NCBI GenBank assembly: GCA_964199315.1
Contig: OZ116704.1
Coordinates: forward strand, 24,552,001 to 24,616,000
Direction: 5' to 3'
From: Orbicella franksi
Lineage: Eukaryota
Length of the DNA stretch: 64,000 bases
Shown in pieces: positions 43,212 to 56,124 of this stretch. The notes below the pieces were generated by a model. That model was not told the DNA's origin. It did not search any database and was given only the letters and a program-made list of their open reading frames with translations. Every line of letters begins with the position of its first letter. Position 1 is the first letter of the stretch. A program made the position numbers and the translations under genes.

Positions 43212-44590
43212 TTTCAGATTTTTTATTAATTGACACTATTTACAGACATATTTCACTATCGCACACTATTACAAAAAATTCATTAATTAAAATAAGGAAA
43301 ATATAATAATAATAAAACCAAAACAAAATGTGCTCAGTGACAAAAGAAGCATATGCTATCGTGTTGGTCACTGACACGTTCAAATATAAAAGACAAGACA
43401 CATCAATTAATAGAAACAATGCAATAAAGGAAGTAAAATGTGAATAACAAAAGTATTCGAAATAAACAAGTTAAATGAATAAATCATAATGCTGAAGAGT
43501 AATATTGAGTATTTAAGAGGTATAGTTTATATTGCTTATAAAAGGAAGTGTAAGGCAGTTTTTTAAATTCTGTTGGAATAATTTCCCAAAGTTTTGATGT
43601 AACAAAAGAGAAAGTAGAGGACCCATAGTTATTATTTACTTTTGGCCTATGAAAATTCAAATTCGCAGCAAATCTTGTATTGTAGGTATGGACTTCAGAT
43701 GCCTGAGTAAGGGTTCTATGGAATATAGTTGGAATGTTTGTTGAGTCATTTAAAATTTTATGAGTAAATAGAGCCACTTTTAATTTGTACACATTTTCAA
43801 ATTTGAGAATTCCTAAAAGATTGTAATATGGTGAAGCATTTTCCCTGCTATAAGCAAAGAATATGCTTCGGACACATTTATTCTGCTTAGTTATGATTTT
43901 ACGTAAATTAGTTTTACATGCACTACCCCAACTTATGATAGGAAAGGATAAGTATGGATATATGAAAGAATAATACAATTGTTTCAATGTATGAAGATCA
44001 ACAAAATATCTTAATTTATTAATAATTGCTATATTTTTTGCTAATTTATTATTAATGTGCTGGATCTGCGGTTCCCATTGTAAATTTTGATCCATATAAA
44101 TACCTAAATACTTAATTTGACTTTTATGTGCAATGTTAGGAATATGTATATACGGTCTTAGTCTTGTAGATGAAATTATCATGTAATTAGTCTTGGTAAG
44201 GTTTATAGATAGTTTGTTGATGATACAATATTTAAAAACTAATTTCAATTCCTCATTCATGACATACTCAAGCTGATGCAGATTATCACTTGCATAAAAC
44301 ATATTTGTATCATCAGCAAATATACGGAACGATAGTTTTTTTGAGCAGTTAGGTAAGTCATTAATATAAAGCAGGAATAGAAGAGGGCCCAGAGTTGATC
44401 CCTGTGGTATTCCACAAGTAATGGTTTCAGAACTAGATTGGATGCTACCAATCTTAACAAACTGAGTGCGATTATGTAGATAGTTTTCAAACCAGTTAAG
44501 GGTTATTCCTCGTATGTCATAGTGGTAGAGTTTAGATAAAAGAATATTATGGTTCACAGTATCAAATGCTTTAGAAAAATCTAAAAAAAA
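43212..44590 (-). mobile_element. 5'-truncated LINE (CR1 group: Crack/Daphne/L2-like); RT C-terminal half open for 357 aa
   Basis: FLDFSKAFDTVNH, GIPQGSTLGPLLFLLYINDL, FADDTN; AT-rich 3' tail. Confidence 0.9.
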
Positions 44591-44800
44591 AAAACACCGG
44601 CTCCCATAAGCTTGTTCTGATATCCCGCAGTTTGTGTATCCATTTTTGATTGGCTAGTTTCTCACGCGCTTTCTAATTGGATAATTCTTGCGAAAGCGAT
44701 AACGCAGCTATCACGTAATGCTAAACGTAATTTTGTGCGCGTTTCCCAAGTACATTTGTACATTTGTACGTTATTTAATCTACTTCGAGTTGGATATGAG

Positions 44801-45066
44801 ATGTGTGCAATTATAGAAGAATGTTAGCAAAAAGCGTTCAATGCCGTGAGAGAGCAGCTTGAAATCGATAATCTTCTACCTGAACAGGAAAACTCGCTCC
44901 GCGAATTTCTTGTAGGTCAAAATATTTTTGTAAATTTGCCCCAGGCTATAGTAAATCTTTGATTTTCCAGTGCCTTCTGATCGCTGCGGATGCACTGTTC
45001 GATGAGCCTCGTGGTTCCAGTGTTCTCGTTGTAATATCGCCGTTGCGATCGCTTATGGAAGACCAG
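44801..45066 (+). pseudogene. RecQ-like SF2 helicase N-terminal fragment (probably from an AcademH-type transposon)
   Basis: EQENSLREFLVGQNIFVNLP[fs]GYSKSLIFQCL...VLVVISPLRSLMEDQ corresponds to motifs 0/I/Ia; one stop and one frameshift. Confidence 0.7.
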
Positions 45067-45275
45067 ACTCTCTGGCGAAGCCGGGCAAAAATAAATATGA
45101 CACCCGTGATAAGAAGCAGCATAACTTACAACACTTAATCAAACAGCCGGGCCCGGCGTAATAATACAAAATGCAAGTAACCAACGTGTTCAAGGAATAT
45201 TTCAAACTTTGTCCCTCCAGAGCTAATATTTAGAGAGCTTAAAACATATCTTGCAGAACAAATGAGCCAAAAAAA

Positions 45276-45311
<36 letters not shown>

Positions 45312-45947
45312 AAAAAAAAACTAGCACGTGGCAAAAAAAACAAAGGTGTCAAACTCTACAAATTAAACGCGGATAACAACGGAAACCACACAGACCTATG
45401 AACCTCTAACGGCTCTACTTTGGTGAAATGTCTTCCTAAAAACACAGGATTATTGCTTAGCAAAATATTCAAAGATCCCCTCTCGTGCAATACAAAAGGG
45501 GCAGATACTTAAAGATATAATAGTTTGAGCAAAACTTTTAAAGCGGCTATTACACGTGGATAGGAGTTGTGTAGGCCTGTCACTCCATTCTTAGCATTGT
45601 TTGATATATTTCGCAGTGATATATTTTGGCTAGTGGTGGATGTTTACCTCGCTGCCTCGCGGCTCGGTAAATATCCACCACTAGCCACCTCCACTGCGGG
45701 GAATAATTATTAAACATCCAGATTACTCTCCTATTGAAGGCCATCAGTTGTTTATAACCCATCAAGTACTCTTGAAATACTGCATGGTTTCAGAGAGGGG
45801 TTCAGAATTAAATAGGAGTCTCTCTAAATAAGCCCATCTCATAACCATTGTTCATCTGCCCCCGCCCCGTCACCGAAGACGATCTTTGATTTAGTTTCTG
45901 GTTCCCGGAAGAATTCTTCAAATTTTCACCTTAGGATGTAAAGAATT

Positions 45948-46260
45948 GGAAGGCGCGGTGGCCTCATGGTTAGTGCGCTCCTCTCCGGATCGAGCGGTCT
46001 GGCTTCGAGCCCTGGCCTGGGACATATATTGTGGTTTGTTCTTGGGCATGACACTTTACTCTCACAGTGCCTCTCTCCTCCCAGGTGTATAAGCAGGTTC
46101 CGGCGAACTTAATGCTGGGGGTAACCCTGCGATGGACTAGCATCCCATCCAGATGGGAGTAGAAATACTCCTAGTCAATTCATGTTTCAGAAACCGGGAT
46201 TAGCGCTTGCCTGATGGGCCACTTGGCTCATATGCAAACTTTACCCTACCTACGTACCTA
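45948..46260 (+). mobile_element. Full-length tRNA-derived SINE
   Basis: GGTGGCCTCATGGTTAGTGCGC A-box, GGCTTCGAGCCC B-box, TTCTTGGGCATGACACTTTACTCTCACAGTGCC central domain, TACC tail. Confidence 0.85.
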
Positions 46261-46293
46261 ACATATGAAGAATTCCTTGAATATATGTTTTTA

Positions 46294-47641
46294 TTAAATT
46301 CTCAACCTCGGATAATGCAATTCTAGCTTTCTTATTGGTTCACTGGATCTCGATTACCAGCCATTATACCTGCGTTTGACCTTATATGGAAATGAATGCG
46401 GTAAATGTCTCTCGGCATAAACTTTTTCGCGGGAAGCCAAGTTTCGTCGAGAAAAACATGGACGAAAAAAAAAACAGATTCGGTGAGCTATCTACAGAAG
46501 AAAAACAGGAAATTATGGACAATGCCGTCCCAGTAACAACAAAAAAGCCACAAAGTTCGAGATTAGATTATTTAACGGTACGTATACGTTAAGTTTCCTC
46601 GAAAAGTTGCAAAATTAAAATATGACAGTCGAGATTTTACGCACTCATGAAGATTATGTAACAAAAACAATGTTTACCTTAACAGAATGGCTTGCTAGTC
46701 CTGGTGGCACCAAATTTCCGAAACCGATATAAGCAATGTCAAAAGAAGAACTGAATGTTTGTTTGAAGTGTTTTTACTCGTCTGCGAGGAAGAAAGATGG
46801 TACGTATTGCAAAAGTTCATCGATTAAATCCATAAGGAGAGCCGCCATTGATCATTTCCTTCGCACGCCGCCGCACAACAAACCGTTTTCCATTATCTCT
46901 GACCAGGCAAATAAATTATTAGAGCATTTGTAAAAGGCCTCAGGAAAACAGGCATCATTGCTGTCCTTGCGAAAAACACCTCAAGGAGTTGAGTGTTTTG
47001 AGCTGAACCGAAGTAAGCCCGGTTCTTTACCAGCCACGAAAAACCATCAGGGTGAACTCGGAGATTCTGAAGATGAATCTGACGCTAAGATAGTTTCTGT
47101 CTCTGACTCTGAGTCTGGCCAACAATGAGCTCCACACATACAGCTCGAAATGCCATGGCTTTCAAAGCAAGGGAACTCCGAAAGAGGTCTTGTCGAGCAT
47201 AATTTTGGCACAACGTCTGTGTCACATGGCGATCAAAGTTTTCTGCAGCGTTATTACAACGGCAATGTGCAAGTACACAATTATTCGGCTCTTCTCCATG
47301 ACTCGAACTTGAACGCTTTTCAAACTTTCTGAACAAGTTTACATCTCCTTCATTTGATACACGTTCCTTGAATTCTACTTGATTGTAAATTCATTCAGCA
47401 AATTCGCTTGCTTCGCTTTCAAATTTTTCATTCAACTAATTTTACAAACGGCGCGCATGTCATGTGATTTCCCACTTGTTGTTGTTTTCGCCACATCGAT
47501 TTCCGGTCGCTTTGTAAAATTGAAAACCAATAAAATTAAGCTATAATTTCCAAGTATACAAACGCACCGAATTTAATAAAACAATTATTCCATTCGCGCT
47601 TGTTGGATATGAGATTGGTTATAGCCAACTCGGCCCTACGG

Positions 47642-47694
<53 letters not shown>

Positions 47695-47698
47695 TTAA
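46294..47698 (+). mobile_element. Crypton-derived non-autonomous element with a DUF3504 tyrosine-recombinase remnant
   Basis: LNVCLKCFYSSARKKDG...SSSIKSIR.AAIDHFLRTPPHNKPFSIISD at 46736-46900; TTAA at both ends; long subterminal hairpin; absent from the orthologous site in copy B (about 19690). Confidence 0.75.
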
Positions 47699-49688
47699 AT
47701 ATTTCTGAAGAATTCCGATAGTCCTTAACAGCTAGGCACGTACAACATCAATAAGCAAACAGAAATTAGGCTAGTAACTGTTCTATCTCAGTCTCGCTAA
47801 CATCCTCCTCAACCTTTCTCTTGAACTCTTTGGATTTATTTATTGAAGGACGTTAGCGACCTTTTCCCTGGGTATATGAAATTTATGGTTCAATTTATCA
47901 TTTGTCACAATGCTCTGCATCTTTGAAGCTGCCCAAATATTTTATCTGCATTAGTTCCCTGAGTTCTTGATTCTCTCCCTGCTAAATGTTCTCCACGTAT
48001 GTCAAAACCATAATTTCGTTTAAGCTGTCATTTTAGAGTTTAGTGTTATTCCTGGTCAACTATTTATGAAGTCAAGAATGACTTTGTTTTCTAATTTTAG
48101 AGGAAAATATGTTGCAGATATTCATACGGTTGATCAACATCATCGGACTGACCGCGCGGAAGGCGGGAAGCTGATTTGTGTAATCACGACCATGATTAAT
48201 GACAGAATTGGACAACACGGAGTCCTGTCAACTATTAAGAAAAAGCTGAGAGAAAGACGTAAATTGGAGCCTATGAAAAGGCTCTCTTGTCGAGGATGGG
48301 GCAAAGCTCTCACCCCATTCCCCCATCCGCCACTTCACTCTCAGCCAGTCCCTTCTCGGCCCTTCCAGCTGCGGTCAGACCCTTCCAGCCGGAGCCTGTT
48401 AACAGGCTACGCAACATGGTTTTTATTTAATTAATATTATTTAATTATATACCGCTAGTTTTGAACTTCTGACTAGACAGAAAAGGGGCCGCATTTTGAA
48501 ACCTGCTCTAAAGATTAAAAGTATACTTTGAGAAGTCAATGCTTCGAAGCTTTGTTGCGAATTCAATCAATTGAGTTCTGACTAGTAATAACTCAAAGAG
48601 AGGGGTTTATAAGCAGTCAAAGACCAATCGCTTTAATTTACTTTAATTTACCCATAGGTAGTAAAATTACCACGATTATCGTGATGTTTTCGTGACAAAA
48701 AAAGTTGTCAGTCTCGTTAGATTTTTAAACATTTCAATAAAAAACGAACTATTTCGTTTACTAATTTGACCGTCTGTTCGTTAAAGTCAATGTTCCGTTC
48801 CATGAACCATTGCTAGAAAGAAAGAGGTCAGTGATATGTACCACTTAAAAAATCTTCACGAGACTTGATCCAGTATGAGAACAATCCTGTTAGTAATATA
48901 CCAAACACAAAATACCGAGTTTGACCAAATTTCCAATCAACGCAAAGGGAGTCAAAAATATGGCGCGTAGCGGGGTATTTTTGGCGAACTTTGAGGTGTT
49001 TGGTAATGTGAACAAACACTGTCTTGAGTATTTGATATATCTTCTCAGTCGATACTAACACTAAGGAGAAAACGGAGCAATAAAATCGTAATAAAAAAAT
49101 CAGATATCTAAGCACCATCACGGTCACAATTTCCCATATTTAAACTTGATGAATTGTTAGTAATCATGAGTTCGAAAAGTTCTCTTCAAGCCTTTGTTCA
49201 GTTACGCTTCTCCCCACGGGTAAATTTTAGTTTTTAGGTAGCAGTGATCACCACAACAAAATTGCTGCTCGAAACCTAAGGTCCTGGCCAGGGACCTGCC
49301 GTGATTTATCCACTAGTACCAGGAGATCTTATTTAGGCGTAAACACTTTCGTAGTGAGTGATGGTTCTAAAGGCAAGACCAGAGGGCACGACCTCCGTCC
49401 TGTTTAGAGCAAGAATCCCCCCACCCCCCCCCCCCCCCCACAACCGCCTCTTTTCTTAGCACTTCTGGATCCGTCGCTGCTTCGCCTGCATTCGCATTTC
49501 TTCTGACTTCAGACTTATGTTCTATTTCTATGTTTAAGAAGGGCGGGTACCCCTCACTCCAATCCACTTTGTGATCAGACTCATCGTGAAAACTTAAAAC
49601 TAGAGTTGTTCTGTAAAACAACTGGCAAAGCCACATAACCTTTTTGAGTGTCAGGGATGCGTTACTGTCATTGAATCTCTATTTTCAG

Positions 49689-49955
49689 TTCCTGTCAAGC
49701 TAATTAATGTCAGCCGTGACCAGACTGTGCTTGAAGGATCAAACGTGGTTTTGCTTAGCGAAGCAACTGGTAAACCAACACCAAACATCACCTGGAACAG
49801 AGTCCTGGAGGATGGTAGTGATGGTGAAGTACTGCACCAGGGTCCAACTTGGAATTTTCCGAACATTAGCAGAACTGCCTCCGGGACATACCGCTGTACA
49901 GCTTACAACGGATTTGGAAATGTAGCTGGCCAAGTATTTAAAGTGAATGTTACAT
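49689..49955 (+). pseudogene. Copy C exon 3: I-set Ig (first Cys changed to Ser: LLSEATG)
   Basis: Open 267-nt exon; splice sites intact. Confidence 0.88.
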
Positions 49956-50992
49956 GTAAGCATGTTACGTATCCAAAACATTGTTTATAAACAGAAAGGG
50001 TGAACCCTGGTCTATTAACAATCAACTAAATACAGTTCACAGCCTATATTTAATGCAACTGATTTATCTGCGTCGAGACTGTCTAATTGGGCTTCTCTAC
50101 AATTTTGGATGAGACCTTTTAGCGGAAAACCTAGCTTACTAACTTTACACATACGTGTGAGAGGTCCCTCAACTAAAACACCCTATAACAAAGTCGCCCT
50201 GCAGTCTTCTAATTCTATTTCTAAGGACTCGCAATATAATATAGTTTTGACATTTGACCACAAGCAGCATTTCATGGAGATGAGTGAAAAAGTGAATTTT
50301 CTCAAAATAGCATAAATCGTGATTAACGGAAATGTCTCAACGATCGACTTTGTTCAGAATTGAGAATACTTGCATGGATTTTCTTGATACAACCTATATT
50401 CTTCTTGTTTAATGACAAAAAAAAAACGAATAATTTTTCGGTTACAACCTTTCGACCGTCGCTGCTTTCGGGCAGCCGTCATTGACATATACACTTGACG
50501 TGTACCGACAGTGAAATTTTGTAGGTTTCTTTAGAAGGTTCAATACAGCGTCCAATACAGCGCACACAGATGACGCGTAACGTACAACATTCGAGCATGG
50601 CACGCTTACTGCGTCATTAACTAATCTGAACGCGTCACGTGATTGAAGATACCCCAGCTAAAACTGGAGAATATCCCAGTGTTATTCCCCAGTTTTCAAG
50701 AGATCACGCGGGTGTTTGCAAAACATATTTGAACGTTAATAAACACATAACAAATATGCTCAGAAATTTGCCATTGGACATAAACTGTTCCTTGAAGCCG
50801 GCAGTTTTCCTCGAGCTTTGCTCTTAAACGGACTGCGTCTCAAAAAATAAAATATCCGAATATCGGAGCATATTTTCGTGCCAAATAGAGGCTATGTTTC
50901 ATTGAAGACTACAGGCATCCTGGAAAAGCAGTAAACATATTTATAGTTAGTTTTTATTTTTATTTTCATACCCTCTTTTATTAATCTTGTAG

Positions 50993-51232
50993 ATCCTGCC
51001 AAGATTGTTAAACTTGTAAGTGAGCATGAAGTTGCAACACAACAAAGTGCATCTCTTGACTGCCAAGCAGAAGGAAATCCTCAACCGACCTATACTTGGA
51101 TTCCATGTGATCCACAACAAAGTGTGTGTCAGAAGAGCGTGCTACATTTTCAAGCCAGTGACAAAAGTGTCTACACGTTTACCTGCAAAGTGGAAAATTT
51201 CCTGGGCAGTGATACAAAAAATACCACTCTTT
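50993..51232 (+). pseudogene. Copy C exon 4: third Ig domain (intact)
   Basis: 240 nt, open, all four Cys kept. Confidence 0.9.
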
Positions 51233-52114
51233 GTAAGTTAGCAATAGAAAAATTACTTGTGTACAAAAGGCTTTTCCGGCATTTGTATTGATCATTGGCT
51301 TTCATGAAAAAATTTTACACGCATGTATATTACAGACAGACGATGTAATCTTTTATGCATAACAGTGTTAGTAACTCTGTAGTAACCCTTTACATTATAT
51401 CAGCAGTCGCATCATGTGCTCTCCTCTAGCCCTCTTTGAACTTTTTCTTTTTTGTTACATGCACTTGGCCAGCGCAGTGAAGGTTTGCTTCTTACACTAG
51501 CTGACGTAGACGTTCTTGGTCTCACGATAGGGACCTTACACATATACGACGGCGACGGCGTGGACGACGCCTAGTAAAAAATGCGTTTCTATTTTACTTT
51601 GAAATTTCGCATTTATTTGGAACTATCCAGTGTGTCTGTCGGTATTGAAACTTGCCCCTGCTGAATATGCTACGAATGCGTTCAGTTCCAAATAGAAACA
51701 CGAAAAATTAGCCGTTGTAGTTCAAGTTCTCCAGACAACGTAGAATTTGGTCATTTGACGTTGCTGTTTTGCGGAGGGCGGCAAAGAAATGTACCAAGAA
51801 TTATAACGCACGCGCACAGCCATTGTTCTTGCTCATTAAACATTTTGTTTAGTGACGTTCTCGTTGCCGTCATGTTTTCCGTAAGGTCCCTTAACGACAC
51901 ACAAGAACCATTAAGTTTTGAATTGGTGCTACGTTTAAAATATGCAGCGTGGTTTTAATAAACAACCAAGCTGAAGATTGTATTCATGGCAAGATTTGAG
52001 AACAAACTATCCATTTTTTTAAAATAAAACTTCGGCAAATTAAAGTTTGCCTGTTACTATGTAGGCCCTGTGCTTGGATCGACTTGACCGTTTTCTTTTT
52101 TTTTTTTTCGGTAG

Positions 52115-52212
52115 TCATAGCAAGTGATGTAATAAACGTGACCCTGGTAATCACGGGTGAAGAATGCACTGATGGGGAATACAATCAACTACGGGAGAAC
52201 CTCAACAAAATG
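52115..52212 (+). pseudogene. Copy C exon 5 (SEA N-terminal part)
   Basis: [32 protein letters not shown]; open. Confidence 0.85.
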
Positions 52213-52604
52213 GTAACTAATTTGTTTATGTTAGACACGGGTATTTCCAAACCTTATTACGCAGTCACTCTTAGGAAATACTGACCAAGGCTCGAGACCG
52301 TTAATGCATAGTGAATGGGCAGGTCAATTGACAGGTAGGCTAGGCTGCCGTTGGGCAGGCAGATCGACAGGTTGACACACAAATTAACACTGTCAGTCGG
52401 AAAAATCGATGGACAGATCGACCGAGAGACAGATGGACAAAGGGACAGAGGGAGAGATGGACAGATGAATTCGAATCGTTATGAACTGCTGGTGATGGGG
52501 ATTCGGGATTAACTAGCTAAAGGACTGAGCTGATTGATGGCTTGATAAGAAAGAGTCATTTGAAAAAGAGGGATCAGTTGGTTGATAAGGAGTAAGGCAC
52601 TGTA

Positions 52605-53560
52605 CAGTCAAACCTGTATTAGGCGCACACCCGGCCCTCGGGACCCTTGCTAGTGTCCCCTTAATACAGGGGTCAAATAATATTCCTTAGGATTGACAGG
52701 CTTTAAAAGTAGTAATTATGTCAGTCTAAAATTCTTATAATCATAATAATACCTTTTCCCATCCCAGAATAGTTCCCGCAAAGACCTCATGCCGTAAAAC
52801 GTATTAAAGTTATCAAAATAAATTTTTAAGTTTTTTTTTTTTTTTTTTTTTTTTGCTTTTTACGGTGAAAATTAATTTGGAACTTTTTAAAAAAAAAATG
52901 CTGATTAATTTCTAAGATTTCTCTTAACCGTTAGGGTAAAGAGGCCAAATTAGTAACCATTAGCCGTGAAAGTCACCACCCCATTGGGTTCGTTGAGACC
53001 CTCTGTGAAGGTTCACACATTCAAACAAGAATACAAGCCCCCTGAAATCAAAATCGAATGATAAAATGTCGCATTTCTGGAAAGCTCTTTTTTGTCGGCA
53101 AACTTAAATGACCTATCTAGTAAAACGGGAAACAAAATATTTTATGCAGTGTCCCTTTAATACAGGTTTAAATTAAAATAGTGTGAGCATCTGGAACTTA
53201 CTTTGTCTATCTAGGCGGCTAATTATCTGTACTGAACAAACAAGCATTTATAAGCACTTTAACTTCTGAATAGGATAAAAATCACGAGATAAGTATTAAT
53301 TCTTCAAGAAACGCGTTCGTAGCTTTATGTCACACACAGCCATAACTCTGAAATTCAAAATGCGCTGGTTTCCAGAAGAAGCAAGCTACTGAGCTGAAAA
53401 GTTGTAAGCAGATATAAATTTACCCCCTCTTATGCCTGATGAGGACAAACTCTTTGGTGGCTCTTTAGTTTTAGATTTTAGAAAATGATGACGTCATGTG
53501 CAAGCCAGGGATAGAGGGTGTTCGCTTAATGATGAGGTCCGCTCAATACACGTTTGGCTG
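52605..53560. mobile_element. pogo/Tc1-like MITE with TA TSD
   Basis: TA|CAGTCAAACCTGTATT ... AATACACGTTTGGCTG|TA. Confidence 0.75.
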
Positions 53561-53901
53561 TAGTTGTTTTGTGAGAATCGCGGGTTAGTTGTAATCTTTG
53601 GGCTGAGCCGCACTATTCAGTTCATAATCAAATTTAGGAATAGTTGAAACACTGTGTAGGGAACATGACACTGTTAATTAAAGAAATGAAGGAACGACGT
53701 TGTCTATGTTGTGCTTTGTGATGGCAAGTTACATTACGGATTAAATTATTTATCTTGGCAGCCCTTTTAGCAGTTTTTAGCGGAACGTGTTATTTGATCA
53801 TTTTTCTTTGGTAATTTATATTGAACATATCCATAGAATTACCCATTTATGACTTTATAAAATGAATATTAACAATAGTTCATTAAAAATGTTTATTTCA
53901 G

Positions 53902-53963
53902 ATGGACGATATCTTCTTTGCTGGCAAACTGGGTTATGAAGGTGTTCAACTGAAAAGTATCAG
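53902..53963 (+). pseudogene. Copy C exon 6 ([21 protein letters not shown])
   Basis: 62 nt (+1 codon vs copy B); donor GTCTGC. Confidence 0.83.
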
Positions 53964-54351
53964 GTCTGCACAGTTTCAGATTGATTACTTGATCTTTAAA
54001 AATTTAAGTAACTTTTTATTTCGCATTTAATTTTTGGGCAGAAAACTTTCGGACGTTTTTTCGGAACGTCTCGTAGAGCAATATCCTTCGTTATGATTAC
54101 GTGAAGTCAGTGGGTGGAGATGTAGACATTCGTAACGCTCCGTAGCGCTATGTTTCTGCAAGTAAACTGACATTTTTTTCATTCCAAATGTGATGTTCAG
54201 TTAAACGGAACCAATTATTATTAGTATTATTATTATTATTGTTATTTTATATTCTAATTATGATTCACACTACTTACAACGCTGGTACGGCTACTTACCC
54301 AATTTAGAACGTTAAAACTACTAATTACAGTAGTGATGACTATTTACAACA

Positions 54352-55040
54352 GTAATACAACTATTGAAGGACCACGCATGGTTCGCAATTTTGGAGCCTT
54401 GAGCCGCTGTTTTGATATTTCTTATGTGTTCTTTTCTTCGAGTGTTAAACGCTCTGCCACTTTCACCGATATAACACCATGAACAGTCGGCGCAAGGAAT
54501 TTTGTGAACAACGTTGGTTTGTGAATCCGGAGCAGGACGAAATTTCGGGACCGGGAACTGTTGTTGTAGAGTGGTCATCGGCTTATTTATGACCGAAATA
54601 TCATGTTTTTTTAGGACGCGGGTCAAGGGCTCAGTTACACCTTTGATGTATGGAAGAGACGCGAAAGACTTGCAAAATTGCAAAACTCCAAAATTGCGAA
54701 CCATGCGTGGTCCCGTGAGCATTCTATTGACTTTAACAACGCCTCCTTAATTGACAAAGGCAGTTTCCAAGTAAGGAAAACATTAGAATCGTGGCATACT
54801 ATGGTGACTCCAAATGCTGTCAACAATTCCTGCCCACTCCATGGGCAATACAACATTCTTTTTACACACATTCATAATTAATTTACATAGTCCAGTCTTT
54901 TTATTTTTACTTATTTATATTCATATTTCGTCATTCATCTTTACCCGTCGAAGACTGTAGATCTAACAGTCGAAAACTCGTATATCTATAAACATTTTTT
55001 AGCCAGAGATCGTTTTTAAATTTTTAGTAATACAACTATT
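54352..55040. mobile_element. Penelope-like element with inverted 5' part (GIY-YIG on the minus strand, 3' end on the plus strand), nested in an AT-rich repeat
   Basis: Minus: LPYIKGVTE...VVHKIPCADCSWCYIGESGR; plus: SKIANHAWS...KTLESWHT; AGTAATACAACTATT flanks both sides. Confidence 0.85.
54942..54982 (+). ncRNA. Degenerate, non-canonical hammerhead-like motif at the Penelope 3' end
   Basis: TAC-CCGTCGA-A-GACTGT(loop)ACAGTC-GAAA-ACTC-GTA; geometry matches 18559-18600 but the core is mutated. Confidence 0.4.
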
Positions 55041-55991
55041 TACACTACGTAACAATACGATGCAATTACAGATGCCACTTACAATACTACAATTTGCATA
55101 ACTTGCTCTAAAAAACAATACAATTACTTATTTAACTTACGATACTAATACTCACACTACTTACAATGTAATACCATTACGGATGCTTCTTACATTCATA
55201 CTATAACAATAGTAGTAAAACACTAATAGCTGATTTTGCCACTGAGACTGATTATATATTGTAAATTAAATCAAATTAATTTAACTTTCGCATTTTTCAG
55301 CTTTCCATTGCAAAAATAGCGCTGACCTCAATTCAAGAAAATTGAAAAATGTTTCCAACAGTTTGTAAGAATAATATTATTTTTGAGTTTGCACAACTAA
55401 AATCCCAAACTTCCGGGTTAGGTTTGGACTTGTATTTGGGGGAAGGTCATAGTCCTTAAACAGTAGCTGTATAAACTGTAAAAGCAATTATTTTCAGTAG
55501 GAACTCGAGCAAATCTCAAGGTATTTTCCGCCTCGCTTCGGGAGATTTCTCCGTCCAAAAAGTGTCTAACTTACACACCTGGTGACACAGTGGTGACTGG
55601 CTAAGGCCAGTAACCACGAAATCGAACGGGTTACGAATTTATCTGTTTATCCACTGGGAAGTCAAACAGAAAACAAACTCTAACGTATATACATGTTCAA
55701 GGTGTTCTTATATAACTGGAAAATTACTTCTTTGCTAAGAGCAGGCCAATTTATTACTACGGTGCAAATTAACGCACGAGAGAATTGTCAATTTGACTCG
55801 TAGGGTAAATCCTTTATTGCACTTACATTCATACGATTACCTACAGAAATAAAAATAAGTCCACTTCATTTTTTTCAATGTTTCGTTTTGTGTAAGATTT
55901 GGAAATCTGAAAATTTAGGAAGGAAAAGAATTTCCTCTTCTTTTTGGTCATTAGTTCAGTTTGAACTGAACTTTTCCCTTTTTCTTCCAAG

Positions 55992-56124
55992 GTGCGGAAG
56001 TGTAATTGTTGATTTGGCCCTCAACTTCAGTTCCACCGTAAGAGAAAGCAAAGTTCTTTCTATACTTCGAGATGCTGCCAATAATGGAACGCTTGGAGAT
56101 CTTAGGCCTACTCTGGGACCTTAA
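55992..56124 (+). pseudogene. Copy C exon 7, interrupted (CGSVIVDLALNF...GDL + RPTLGP*)
   Basis: Homology to 26779-26890 ends at 56103; stop lies inside the inserted sequence. Confidence 0.88.

Noticed and set aside
45948-46020. tRNA-like A and B boxes as a tRNA gene
   Set aside because: There is no complete cloverleaf; the sequence continues into a SINE body and tail, with related copies elsewhere in the window.
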